Assembly (NCBI GenBank): GCA_037443265.1
Contig: JBBIOR010000021.1
Span: forward strand, 1-18,898
Length of the DNA: 18,898 nt
Direction: 5' to 3'
Source of the DNA: Candidatus Fraserbacteria bacterium
GTDB taxonomy: Bacteria > Bipolaricaulota > Bipolaricaulia > RBG-16-55-9
The position numbers were made by a program, and so were the translations under genes. The notes below the pieces were generated by a model. It was not told the origin of the DNA. It ran no database searches and was given only the letters and a program-made list of their open reading frames with translations. Below are positions 1 through 8,472 of the stretch, piece by piece; within the stretch, counting starts at the first letter, position 1; each line of letters begins with the position of its first letter.

Positions 1-1
1 C

Positions 2-742
2 CTAGTGATGTAGGATCTGCGAGAGGAAGAGCTTGGTCCGCTCGTGCTTGGCGTTCGCGAAAAATTCAGCCGGCGGAGCCTCTTCCACGATCCGTCCCTC
101 ATCGAAGAAGGCAATCCTATCAGCCACTTCTTTGGCAAAGCCCATCTCGTGCGTGATCACGATCATCGTCATCCCCGAACGCGCCAACTCCCTCATCACA
201 TCCAGCACTTCTTTGATCATCTCCGGATCGAGCGCCGAAGTTGGCTCATCGAAGAGCATGATCTTGGGCTGCATGGCCAGCGCTCGGGCGATGGCCACCC
301 GCTGCTGCTGGCCACCCGATAGCTGCGCCGGAAATTTATGAGCCTGCTCAGGAATCCCCACCCGCTCCAGAAGCTCCATGGCCAGCTTCTCTGCCTGGGA
401 GCGCTTCATCTTGCGCACCCAGATGGGCGCCAGCGTCACGTTCTGTAAGACCGTCAAATGCGGAAAGAGATTGAACTGTTGGAAGACCATCCCGATCTCG
501 CGCCGGATGGCCTCAATATGGCGAAGGTCGTTCGTCAGCTCGATGCCGTCCACAATGATGCGTCCGCGCTGGTGCTCTTCAAGACGATTGATGGTGCGAA
601 TGAAGGTGGACTTGCCCGAGCCGGAGGGCCCACAGATCACCACCACCTCGCCCCGCTGAACTCGAAGATTCACCCCCCGCAGCACGTGGAAGTCCCCGAA
701 CCACTTGTGGACATCCTCCGCGATGATGATGGGATCGCTCAT
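2..742 (-). CDS. aapP: Polar amino acid ABC transporter ATP-binding subunit (AapP/BztD, GlnQ family)
   Basis: Walker [11 protein letters not shown]-loop [14 protein letters not shown], signature LSGGQQQR, Walker [15 protein letters not shown]-loop ITHEMGFA. Last gene of a binding protein-permease-permease-ATPase operon. Confidence 0.93.
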   Translation of the reverse strand: MSDPIIIAEDVHKWFGDFHVLRGVNLRVQRGEVVVICGPSGSGKSTFIRTINRLEEHQRGRIIVDGIELTNDLRHIEAIRREIGMVFQQFNLFPHLTVLQNVTLAPIWVRKMKRSQAEKLAMELLERVGIPEQAHKFPAQLSGGQQQRVAIARALAMQPKIMLFDEPTSALDPEMIKEVLDVMRELARSGMTMIVITHEMGFAKEVADRIAFFDEGRIVEEAPPAEFFANAKHERTKLFLSQILHH

Positions 743-744
743 CG

Positions 745-1977
745 TTAGCGCTCCCCCACGCCCAGCGCCTTCTCCAGCCTCCGGCTCATGTGCGCCATAA
801 AATACGTGAAGAGCCAGTAGACAGCTGCCACGAAGAGCAGCATCTCCCGGGCCGGACCGCCCCAGACCGGATCTTTAATGATATCCAAAGAGATGCGTAG
901 AAAGTCCAGCAGCGGAGTGGCGATGACCACCAGTGAGGTGTCTTTAAAGAGACTGATGAACTGGCCCACGTTCGCCGGAATCACGGCTCTAAGGGCCTGA
1001 GGCAGCACGATGAGGGCCGTGGTGAGCAGGGGGCTTAGGCCCAGAGCCCGCGCTGCTTCAATCTGGCCGTAGGGAATAGCTTGCAACCCGCCACGCACGT
1101 TCTCAGCAATGTAAGCAGCTGTAAAGAGCGTAAAGGCGGTGATCGCCCGGATGAGATGGTCCGGACGCCAGCCGCTGGGCAGAAAGAACGGCAGCATCAG
1201 AGCGGCCATAAACAGCACCGTCACCAGAGGCACACCCCGGATGATCTCAATATAGGCGATTGAGAACCAGCGAATTACAGGGAGGCTGCTGCGGCGTCCC
1301 AGCGCCAGTAGTACCCCCAAGGGGAACGAGAGTACGATGCTCACAATCGCCAGAGAGAACGTAAGCAATAGTCCGCCCCACCTCGTCGTGGGTACGCTCT
1401 TTAGCAGGCTGGGGACTCCAGAGAGGAGCAGCACCACGACGGCGGGCACAAGCAGCCAGAGCGAAAGGAGCCCCCGCTTCCAAGCTTTTAGATTCGCCTG
1501 CCCCGAGCGCAGCCGCCAGCCCAGACCCAATCCACCCACCATTGTCCCCAACAGGCCCGTAAGAGCCAGACGTTCACCCCACCCCACCAGCCAAAGAAGG
1601 GCCACAAGTAACAGCAAGCCCGAGCCGATGAGCACTACAGCATCCCGCCAGAGCCTGCCCCAGATCCCCGCGCTCAGGCCCAAAAGTCCCAAGACAAGAT
1701 AGAGCCCAAGCCAAATACGCCACAGCTCGGCCTCCGGATAGAAACCCGTAAGAAGAAGTTTTAAATTGGGCGGGATGACGGCCCATCGCGCTTGAGCCAG
1801 CGCCCAGGAGAGCACCCCCCCCAACACATAATAGAGAAATGCTAAAGCCAGTAGCGTAAGCAGTGCCTGATACCCGCTGCTGAAGAGGTTCTCTTTCAGC
1901 CAGCGAATCGGCCCGATGCGCACCGTAGGCGGAGGGAGCACTGCGCTCCTCACGATCGGGGTCGGCTTCTCAGCCAT
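745..1977 (-). CDS. aapM: Amino acid ABC transporter permease (AapM/BztC type)
   Basis: Multiple TM segments, [13 protein letters not shown] loop [32 protein letters not shown] and SLFKDTSLV motifs of HisMQ-family permeases. N-terminal WLKENLFSS is typical of AapM. Confidence 0.9.
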   Translation of the reverse strand: MAEKPTPIVRSAVLPPPTVRIGPIRWLKENLFSSGYQALLTLLALAFLYYVLGGVLSWALAQARWAVIPPNLKLLLTGFYPEAELWRIWLGLYLVLGLLGLSAGIWGRLWRDAVVLIGSGLLLLVALLWLVGWGERLALTGLLGTMVGGLGLGWRLRSGQANLKAWKRGLLSLWLLVPAVVVLLLSGVPSLLKSVPTTRWGGLLLTFSLAIVSIVLSFPLGVLLALGRRSSLPVIRWFSIAYIEIIRGVPLVTVLFMAALMLPFFLPSGWRPDHLIRAITAFTLFTAAYIAENVRGGLQAIPYGQIEAARALGLSPLLTTALIVLPQALRAVIPANVGQFISLFKDTSLVVIATPLLDFLRISLDIIKDPVWGGPAREMLLFVAAVYWLFTYFMAHMSRRLEKALGVGER

Positions 1978-1983
1978 CCGGGA

Positions 1984-3150
1984 TCATCGCTCCACTAAGC
2001 GAATCCTTCGATTGTACCAGTTCATGAAGAGCGAAGTGAGCAGACTCAGGCTCAAATAACTGCCCATGATGATGAGTATCATCTCCACCTCGCGACCCGT
2101 CTTGTTGACGATGGTGATGGCCACATTGAAGAGATCAGGATAGGCGATGGCCGCGGCGAGACTTGAGTTCTTGGCTAAATTGAGATACTGACTCGTCACC
2201 GGAGGGACGATCACCCGAAGCGCCTGGGGCAAGACAACCAGCTGCAGGGTCTGAAGGCCCGTGAGCCCCAGGGCCAAGGCCGCCTCCTTCTGGCCCTTAG
2301 AGACGGCTAAAATACCGGCGCGCACGATCTCGGCGATGAAGGCCGCCGTGTAGACCACAAGGCCCGTGAGCACCGCCGCGAACTCCGGGGAGAGATGTAG
2401 GCCGCCTTCAAAATTAAATCCCTTAAGTTCAGCTACCTCCCAGGCGATCGGCCTCTGCGGTGCCAGCCAGTAGCCCAGCACCGCAAGCCCCACAAAGGCA
2501 CCGAAGCCCCACAAGAACGGAAAGCCTGGGCGCTCCCGGCGGGCCAGATGCACCCGCCGAGCGACATACGCCACCAGCCCTATGAAAATCCCTGCCAGGA
2601 GAAACCAGCGCCAGACTTCAGCCCCTTGAGTGAAGTACGGCTCAGGCAGGATCAAGCCCCGGTTATTGAGAAAGATGTGGCCGGGAAGCGTGATGCTCTC
2701 CCTCACCAGCGGCAATTTGAGATATACGGCGCTATACCAGAAGAAGAGCTGAACAAGCAGCGGGGTGTTGCGGATCGTCTCGATGTAGACCGTGGCTATT
2801 CTGCTGACTAGCCAGTTGTGCGAGATCCGGGCTACGCCTGCGATCAGCCCCAGAAGCGAGGCCAGCACGATCCCGATGAGAATCACCCGCAGGCTGTTTA
2901 GAACCCCCACGAGGAAGAGCTTCCAATTGGGATCTCCTCTCTCATGGGCTAGGCCCTCTGAGACTGTAAAGCCCGCCGCGCTCCCTAGAAAGTCAAACCC
3001 GAAGCTGAGGCGCTTCGTGTTCTGGACGTAGTTGCCAAAGAGCCAGTAAAGGCCGAGAGCGACGGCCACAAGGAATAGGAGCTGGACGGCGATCCGCACG
3101 ACGCGGACGTCTCTCCAGAAGGCCCAGGAGCCACTCTTGAGGGCAGCCAT
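1984..3150 (-). CDS. aapQ: Amino acid ABC transporter permease (AapQ/BztB type)
   Basis: FGFDFL, YIETIRNTPLLVQLFFWY, AAFIAEIVRAGILAVSKGQKEAALALG and QYLNLAKNSSLA motifs. Start placed at ATG 3150 (MAALKSGSWAFWRD); the TTG at 3195 from the ORF track is an alternative. Confidence 0.88.
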   Translation of the reverse strand: MAALKSGSWAFWRDVRVVRIAVQLLFLVAVALGLYWLFGNYVQNTKRLSFGFDFLGSAAGFTVSEGLAHERGDPNWKLFLVGVLNSLRVILIGIVLASLLGLIAGVARISHNWLVSRIATVYIETIRNTPLLVQLFFWYSAVYLKLPLVRESITLPGHIFLNNRGLILPEPYFTQGAEVWRWFLLAGIFIGLVAYVARRVHLARRERPGFPFLWGFGAFVGLAVLGYWLAPQRPIAWEVAELKGFNFEGGLHLSPEFAAVLTGLVVYTAAFIAEIVRAGILAVSKGQKEAALALGLTGLQTLQLVVLPQALRVIVPPVTSQYLNLAKNSSLAAAIAYPDLFNVAITIVNKTGREVEMILIIMGSYLSLSLLTSLFMNWYNRRIRLVER

Positions 3151-3153
3151 GGG

Positions 3154-3185
3154 AAGGGCGCGGCCCCTACTGGAGCCGCGCCCTC
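3154..3185 (-). terminator. GC-rich intergenic stem-loop between aapJ and aapQ (mRNA stabiliser or partial terminator)
   Basis: Perfect 10-bp inverted repeat AGGGCGCGGC (3155-3164) / GCCGCGCCCT (3175-3184). On the minus-strand RNA it extends by UCC/GGG pairing to a 13-bp stem with an AGUA loop. No strong U tract follows. Confidence 0.65.
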
Positions 3186-3207
3186 GTTCAATCAAGCCCG
3201 TTGAGAT

Positions 3208-4242
3208 TTACCGGAACGGAGGCGAGTAGATCGCACCGCCCTTGGTATGCAGCGCGTTGAGCGAGCCTTCGCGCACCAGCCCCAATTGGGCCACGTTGCG
3301 CTCGTAGATCTCCCCGTAGTTGCCCACGTTCTTGATGACATCGGCACACCAGCTGTTTCTTACGCCCAATTTGGCCCCGAAGTCGCCCTCGACGCCCAGC
3401 AGGCGGCGAACGCCCGGATCGTTACTGTTGAGCTGCTCCGCGACGTTCTGGGAATTGACTCCCTTCTCCTCGGCCTCGATGGTGCAGTAGACCGTCCACT
3501 TGACGAGATCGAACCAGCCATCATCGCCCTCGCGGACGACCGGCCCCAAGGGCTCCTTGGAGATGCGCTCGGGTAGGATGATGTGATCATCGGGGTTGGA
3601 GAGTAGCTTGCGTGCGGCAGGCAGGGCTGAGGCATCCGCCGTCAGCGCGTCGCAGCGACCCTGATCATAAGCTTGGTTGCGGGCGGCCTCTTCCGCGAAG
3701 GCCAGCGGCGTAATCGTGAAGTTGTTCAGGGTGGCCCAATCGACGAGATTCTGCTCCGTCGTCGTGCCCTGGAGCACGCAGATCGTGGCTCCGTTGAGCT
3801 GGCTGACGCTCGTGATCCCCGAGGCCTTCCTCACCATGAAGCCTTGGCCGTCATAGAAGGTCGTCACGGTGAAGTTGAGCGGCAAATCCGCATCCCTGAG
3901 GAACGTCCACGTGGTGTTCCGGATGAGCACGTCGATCTCCCCGGTGGCCAAGGCGGTAAAGCGCGCGGCGGCCGTGACGGGACGGAGCTCCACGGCGTTG
4001 GGATTGCCAAAGATGGCCGCCGCCAGCGCGCGGCAATAATCTATATCGAACCCGCTAAATGTGCCCGTCTGTTGGTCGAGGAACCCGAAGCCGATGACGC
4101 TGGAGTTGACCCCGCAGATGAGCTGGCCTCGGGCTTGCACCACGGCCAGCGTGTCCCCTCCTTGCCCGATGGTGAGCAACGGCGTCAGCGCCGCCACCAA
4201 GGCGACTATCGTGAGGATCTTCTGTGCACTCCTCCTAGTCAT
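3208..4242 (-). CDS. aapJ: Amino acid ABC transporter substrate-binding protein (AapJ/BztA type)
   Basis: RGQLICGVN, GFDIDYCRALAAAIFG, RNTTWT, FYDGQGFMV, ISKEPLGPVVR, VGNYGEIYERN and C-terminal YSPPFR. Start reset to ATG 4242, preceded by a strong SD (AAGGAGGAGGT) and followed by a signal peptide. Confidence 0.93.
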   Translation of the reverse strand: MTRRSAQKILTIVALVAALTPLLTIGQGGDTLAVVQARGQLICGVNSSVIGFGFLDQQTGTFSGFDIDYCRALAAAIFGNPNAVELRPVTAAARFTALATGEIDVLIRNTTWTFLRDADLPLNFTVTTFYDGQGFMVRKASGITSVSQLNGATICVLQGTTTEQNLVDWATLNNFTITPLAFAEEAARNQAYDQGRCDALTADASALPAARKLLSNPDDHIILPERISKEPLGPVVREGDDGWFDLVKWTVYCTIEAEEKGVNSQNVAEQLNSNDPGVRRLLGVEGDFGAKLGVRNSWCADVIKNVGNYGEIYERNVAQLGLVREGSLNALHTKGGAIYSPPFR

Positions 4243-4274
4243 GTGACCTCCTCCTTTTTTAGACGGTTGTCCAA

Positions 4275-4304
4275 ATTGTAGCGAGCCGGCCAGCCGGCAG
4301 GCAA
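4275..4304 (-). promoter_or_regulatory. sigma70-type promoter of the aap operon
   Basis: Minus strand TTGCCT (4304-4299), 18-bp spacer, TACAAT (4280-4275), about 30 nt upstream of the aapJ ATG. Confidence 0.6.
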
Positions 4305-4309
4305 ACTCT

Positions 4310-5053
4310 CTACTCCCATTTGAAGGCTCTGGCGGAGAGAGCGGCGCAGAGGACGAAGAGTCCCCCCAGCACAGCAATGTTCAGCCGGCTGGCTGCCAAG
4401 CCCCGCCCCAACCACGCGTTCTGGAGCAACGCCACCACATGGTGGAGGGGGATGAGCTGCGCCAGTCTCCTCATGGATTCGGGCATGATCTCCAGAGGGA
4501 ACGTGGCTCCACTCAGAAAGATCATGGGGAAGAAGAGCGTGGTGTTCACCGCATATGAGATTCTGGCCGTCTTACAAAGGCTCCCAATCAGAAAGCCCAG
4601 CGAAAAGATGCTGAGAGACCCCAGCGTGAAAGCCGCCCACATCGAGAGATAATCCCCGCTGGTCTTCAGCCCAAAGAAGAGCCGGGCGAGGATCATCAGC
4701 AAGAGCGCGCTCAGCAGAGTCATCAGGTAAGCCACCAGCACTTGGGCACCCAAGATCCCGCTGGGACGCAGCGGCGTGACGCGAAAGCGCCGGAAGATCC
4801 CGCGCTCCCTATAACTTGTGAGCACCCCTCCAATAGAGAAGAAGGCGTTGGAAGCGATTCCAATGGCCACAAAGGCCGGGACCATATAATCCACAGGGCC
4901 GAAGCCGCCAGCCATCTCCTCGGGGCTCACCCGATAGATCGAGCCAAAAAAGAAGAGCAGCATGGGCAGAAAGATGAAGGTGAAGAAGACGGCCTGCCAC
5001 TCACGCAGGAAGAGCTTCACCTCGATCCAAGTCAGATTCAAAAAGCCTCTCAT
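4310..5053 (-). CDS. ABC-2 type exporter permease
   Basis: About 6 TM segments with YRERGIFRRFRVTPL and FLSGATFPLEIMP motifs of ABC-2 membrane proteins. ATGA overlap with the upstream ATPase stop. Confidence 0.9.
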   Translation of the reverse strand: MRGFLNLTWIEVKLFLREWQAVFFTFIFLPMLLFFFGSIYRVSPEEMAGGFGPVDYMVPAFVAIGIASNAFFSIGGVLTSYRERGIFRRFRVTPLRPSGILGAQVLVAYLMTLLSALLLMILARLFFGLKTSGDYLSMWAAFTLGSLSIFSLGFLIGSLCKTARISYAVNTTLFFPMIFLSGATFPLEIMPESMRRLAQLIPLHHVVALLQNAWLGRGLAASRLNIAVLGGLFVLCAALSARAFKWE

Positions 5054-5997
5054 TCGCGCAGGGCCCTCCCGGTGAGTGTAAGAAAGACGTCTTCCAGGGT
5101 CGCCCGCTGGACGTGGAGATCCTGCAGTGACCAGGCATTGGACTCGGCCCGCTTGATGAGCTCCAGAAGCACCACACTGCTCTTGGAGCTATAGAGAATG
5201 ATTTTCCCATCGATGCGCTCTACGCGGCTCACATGGGGCAGCCTCTGGAAGGAATCGACATCGGCCGGGCCCTCCAGCGTAAAGAGAATGCGATTCTCCC
5301 CTCCTAAAGAAGCGATGAGTCCTGAGGGGCTGTCCAGGGCGAGGATCTTCCCACGGTCGAGGATGGCCACGCGATCGCAGAGTTGCTCGGCTTCTTCCAT
5401 GTAGTGGGTAGTGAGGAAGATCGTCTTGCCCTGCGCGCGAATCTTTTTGATGAGAGCCCACATGGCCCGGCGGGCCTGAGGGTCGAGTCCGGTGGTGAGC
5501 TCATCCAGAAAGACGATCTTAGGATCGTGCACGAGGGCGAGTGCGATGTGCAGCCTCTGCTTCTGGCCGCCGGAGAGCGCGTGATAATAGCTGTTAAGTT
5601 TATCGGCCAGTCCCAGAGGCTCGACCAGTTCTTCCCAATTCTGGCCCCAGCCATGGCGCTTCCGATAGAAGCTGGCGAAGAGCTGGAGCGCTTCGCACAC
5701 CCGTATGCGCTCATAGAGGGCTGTGGCCTGAAGTTGCACTCCGATGCGCTCACGCAGCTCGTAGCCGTCTCGTTGGGGATCGAGGCCCAATACGCGGATT
5801 GTCCCTCCATCGGGTCTTCGCAGGCCCTCGATGCACTCGATGGTGGTCGTCTTGCCGGCGCCGTTGGGGCCCACCATCCCGAAGATCTCGCCCGGCTCGA
5901 CCTCAAAGCTGATGCCGTCTATGGCGCGTAGGCCGCCGTAGTTCTTGATGAGTCCTGCGACGGAGATGGCCTTCATGACGAATGATTCTGCCCCCAT
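5050..5997 (-). CDS. ABC-2 type (multidrug/DrrA-like) exporter ATP-binding protein
   Basis: Walker A GPNGAGKTT, LSGGQKQR, FLDELTTGLDP, LTTHYMEEA and C-terminal TLEDVFLTLTG. Start is ATG 5997 (TAATG overlap with the CDF stop) or ATG 5976; 6063 from the ORF track is unlikely. Confidence 0.9.
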   Translation of the reverse strand: MGAESFVMKAISVAGLIKNYGGLRAIDGISFEVEPGEIFGMVGPNGAGKTTTIECIEGLRRPDGGTIRVLGLDPQRDGYELRERIGVQLQATALYERIRVCEALQLFASFYRKRHGWGQNWEELVEPLGLADKLNSYYHALSGGQKQRLHIALALVHDPKIVFLDELTTGLDPQARRAMWALIKKIRAQGKTIFLTTHYMEEAEQLCDRVAILDRGKILALDSPSGLIASLGGENRILFTLEGPADVDSFQRLPHVSRVERIDGKIILYSSKSSVVLLELIKRAESNAWSLQDLHVQRATLEDVFLTLTGRALRE

Positions 5998-6935
5998 TAT
6001 GGCGGAAAACGCTCCGGGGGCCAACTGCGGCCCCTCCGCTGCTCGGGCGGAACGCCTTCCCAAGAGGCGGGATCCTCCAAGGGCTCAATGTGGATCGTGA
6101 TGCTGGCCCCTCCGAGGGCCTCCTTCATCTCAGCCTCGATCTGCTCGCACAGATCATGAGTCTCCTGGACCGTACGATCTCCGGGCACCAAGAGATGAAA
6201 ATCGATGAAGCGCTGAGCCCCCGCCCGGCGCGTGCGCAGCCTATGATACATCACGCCCGCGTCGCTGTACTTGTCGAGGGTGCGGGCAATCCGCTGGATC
6301 TCTTCGGGAGGGAGCGCGTAATCCATGAGCCCGCGGAACGATCTGCGCAGAAGTCCAAAGCCAGAGACGACGATGTTGAGGGCGACGAGGAAGGCGATGA
6401 GGGGATCGATCCACGGCCAATGGAGAAACCAGCCGGCTCCCAGGCCGAGCACGACGCCCGCTGTCGTCCAGACGTCCGTCAAAAGATGTCTGGCATGGGC
6501 CTCGAGCGTGATCGATTCATACTTTCGGGCTGTGGCCCGGAGGATGCAGGCGACGAGAAGATTGACGAGGGCTGCGACCACGGCCACACCCAAGCCGATG
6601 GGCAGCTGCTCCAGCTCGATCGGATTCCAAAGCCGTCCCCAAGCTTGATACGAGATCCCTGCCGCGGCGGCTAAGATGAGCGCGCCTTCGAGGCCACTGG
6701 AGAAATACTCCGCCTTCTCGTGGCCATAGGTGTGGCTCTCATCCGCGGGGCGGGCGGCGACCTCAAGGGCCACGAAGGCGATCAAAGCTGCCGTCAGGTT
6801 GATGAAAGACTCCAAGGCGTCGGAGAGGATCGCTACGGAGCCCGTCATCCCGTAGGCCCAGAATTTGAGGGTGAGCGTCCCCAAAGCTGCGCCCAGGGCC
6901 AGGCGGATCGCACGACGCTTGTTCGAGGGTCGCAT
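5997..6935 (-). CDS. Cation diffusion facilitator (FieF/YiiP-like) metal efflux transporter
   Basis: TGSVAILSDALES, PADESHTYGHEKAEY, HLLTDVWT, WIDP and C-terminal domain motifs HRLRTRRAG, HDLCEQIE, ITIHIEP. Confidence 0.93.
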   Translation of the reverse strand: MRPSNKRRAIRLALGAALGTLTLKFWAYGMTGSVAILSDALESFINLTAALIAFVALEVAARPADESHTYGHEKAEYFSSGLEGALILAAAAGISYQAWGRLWNPIELEQLPIGLGVAVVAALVNLLVACILRATARKYESITLEAHARHLLTDVWTTAGVVLGLGAGWFLHWPWIDPLIAFLVALNIVVSGFGLLRRSFRGLMDYALPPEEIQRIARTLDKYSDAGVMYHRLRTRRAGAQRFIDFHLLVPGDRTVQETHDLCEQIEAEMKEALGGASITIHIEPLEDPASWEGVPPEQRRGRSWPPERFPP

Positions 6936-6944
6936 TCATCTCTA

Positions 6945-6973
6945 TTGCTACGCCAAATGTGACAAACTGTCAA
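6945..6973 (-). promoter_or_regulatory. Probable sigma70 promoter for the CDF-ABC2 operon
   Basis: Minus strand consensus TTGACA (6973-6968), 17-bp spacer, weak -10 TAGCAA(T) (6950-6945). Confidence 0.5.
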
Positions 6974-6978
6974 GGCGG

Positions 6979-7007
6979 TTGACGTCTGCGGCCTCTTGGC
7001 CTATAGT
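6979..7007 (+). promoter_or_regulatory. Near-consensus sigma70 promoter for the cyclodeaminase-suhB-asnS unit
   Basis: TTGACG (6979-6984), 17-bp spacer, TATAGT (7002-7007). Confidence 0.75.
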
Positions 7008-7020
7008 AGTGAGATCCCAC

Positions 7021-7662
7021 GTGAATATCGCAAACTTAACGGTCTGCGAGTTTTTGGAGAGACTGGCTTCTTCCACTCCGACGCCGGGGGGAGGCAGCGC
7101 CGCGGCGGTGGCCGGCAGCATGGCGGCCGCCCTGGTGGCCATGCTGGGTCGGATCACTCTTAAGAGAAGAGAGCCGGAATACCAGGCCGTGGCCTCCGAG
7201 ATGGAGGAGATCACGTGGAAGGCAGATCGGCTGAGGGAGGGCCTCGTACGCTTAGCCGATCAAGATGCACAAGCCTTCGAGCGGGTGTTGGCCGCCTATC
7301 GGCTTCCGCAGTCCAGCGAGCGCGCAAAAGAAGAGCGGCAGCAGGCCATCCAAGAGGCTCTCAAAGGGGCCACGGAGGTGCCCTATCGGATTTCCGAGGC
7401 CTGCGCCACGGTGTTGGAATTGGCTCAGCAGGCCGCGGCCAAAGGGGTGCGCAGTGCCGTCAGCGACGCGGGAACAGCCGCGGGCCTGGCCGAGGCGGCC
7501 ATCCATGCAGCGCTGCTCAACGTCGATATCAACCTCAAGCTCATCCAAGATGAGAAATATCGCCATCTCTATCACAAGAAGTGCGCCGATCTCGCTAAGC
7601 AAGCGAAAATTCGCAAAGAGGCCATCCTGGCCATCGTCGAGGACTGGATCCGGCCGGAGTAA
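7021..7662 (+). CDS. Cyclodeaminase/cyclohydrolase family protein (stand-alone FTCD C-terminal domain, FchA-like)
   Basis: FLERLASSTPTPGGGSAAA, DQDAQAF, ATEVP, SAVSDAGTAA and AALLNVDINL motifs of the FTCD_C family. Start reset to GTG 7021 because the 6865 start would overlap the divergent CDF gene and both promoters. Confidence 0.88.
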   Translation: MNIANLTVCEFLERLASSTPTPGGGSAAAVAGSMAAALVAMLGRITLKRREPEYQAVASEMEEITWKADRLREGLVRLADQDAQAFERVLAAYRLPQSSERAKEERQQAIQEALKGATEVPYRISEACATVLELAQQAAAKGVRSAVSDAGTAAGLAEAAIHAALLNVDINLKLIQDEKYRHLYHKKCADLAKQAKIRKEAILAIVEDWIRPE

Positions 7663-7668
7663 GCAGCC

Positions 7669-8472
7669 ATGATTGAGATGCAGCAGAAGAGTGGCTTCCT
7701 GAAGCTGGCCATCGAGGTGGCCCAAGAAGCCGGCAAACTCCTCTGCCAGCATCTAAAGCAAGGCATCTCCTATGAGCTTAAGAGTAGCCATCATGATCTG
7801 GTGACGGAGGTCGATCGCTTGGCTGAACAGGCCATTCTGAGCAAGATTCGCCAAGCGCACCCGGAGCACGGCATCCTCTCGGAGGAGAGCCCGCCTCTTG
7901 GGGCCGATTCTCCCTATCGCTGGGTGATCGATCCCTTGGATGGCACGACGAACTATGCCCATGGCATCCCCTTCTTTGGCGTCTCCATCGCTCTGGAGGG
8001 GAACGATCAGCCCTTGGTAGGAGTCATCTATGATCCGTGGCATGAGGAGCTTTTCACGGCGGCGGTGGGAGAAGGAGCCCATCTCAACGGGCGCTCCATT
8101 CGGGTCTCTTCGGCCAGGACGCTTCGGGAAAGCCTGTTGGCCACGGGGGCGGCGTATCGATCCCCGCTGCGCGAGCGAAATCTCGATTATTATCGAAGAT
8201 TCTTCCCCAAGGCCCAGGGGCTGAGACGCTTGGGCTCGGCGGCGCTCTGCCTGGCATATGTGGCGGCGGGTCGTCTGGACGGCTATTGGGATTTGTATCT
8301 GCATCGCTGGGACATGGCCGCAGGGTATCTGCTCGTGAAGGAAGCGGGGGGACGGGTGAGCGATCCCTTCGGCCAAGAGATAAGGCCCGAGGGCCGGGCG
8401 TTGGTGGCCTCCAACGGCCTGATCCACGAAGAGATGCTGGAGGTGTTCTTAGATGGAGCCGATGCGCATTGA
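7669..8472 (+). CDS. suhB: Inositol monophosphatase family protein (SuhB-like)
   Basis: [49 protein letters not shown] and WDMAAG motifs. Confidence 0.9.
   Translation: MIEMQQKSGFLKLAIEVAQEAGKLLCQHLKQGISYELKSSHHDLVTEVDRLAEQAILSKIRQAHPEHGILSEESPPLGADSPYRWVIDPLDGTTNYAHGIPFFGVSIALEGNDQPLVGVIYDPWHEELFTAAVGEGAHLNGRSIRVSSARTLRESLLATGAAYRSPLRERNLDYYRRFFPKAQGLRRLGSAALCLAYVAAGRLDGYWDLYLHRWDMAAGYLLVKEAGGRVSDPFGQEIRPEGRALVASNGLIHEEMLEVFLDGADAH

Noticed and set aside
4219..4242. Possible Tat motif in AapJ (TRRSAQK)
   Set aside because: It lacks the conserved hydrophobic F-L positions of S/T-R-R-x-F-L-K, so a Sec signal is more likely.
4243..4377. 45-aa N-terminal extension of AapJ in the ORF track
   Set aside because: It overlaps the upstream permease and the promoter. 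The strong SD and signal peptide point to ATG 4242.
6865..7020. Extended N-terminus of the cyclodeaminase
   Set aside because: It overlaps the divergent CDF gene and both promoters. Family similarity begins at 7021.
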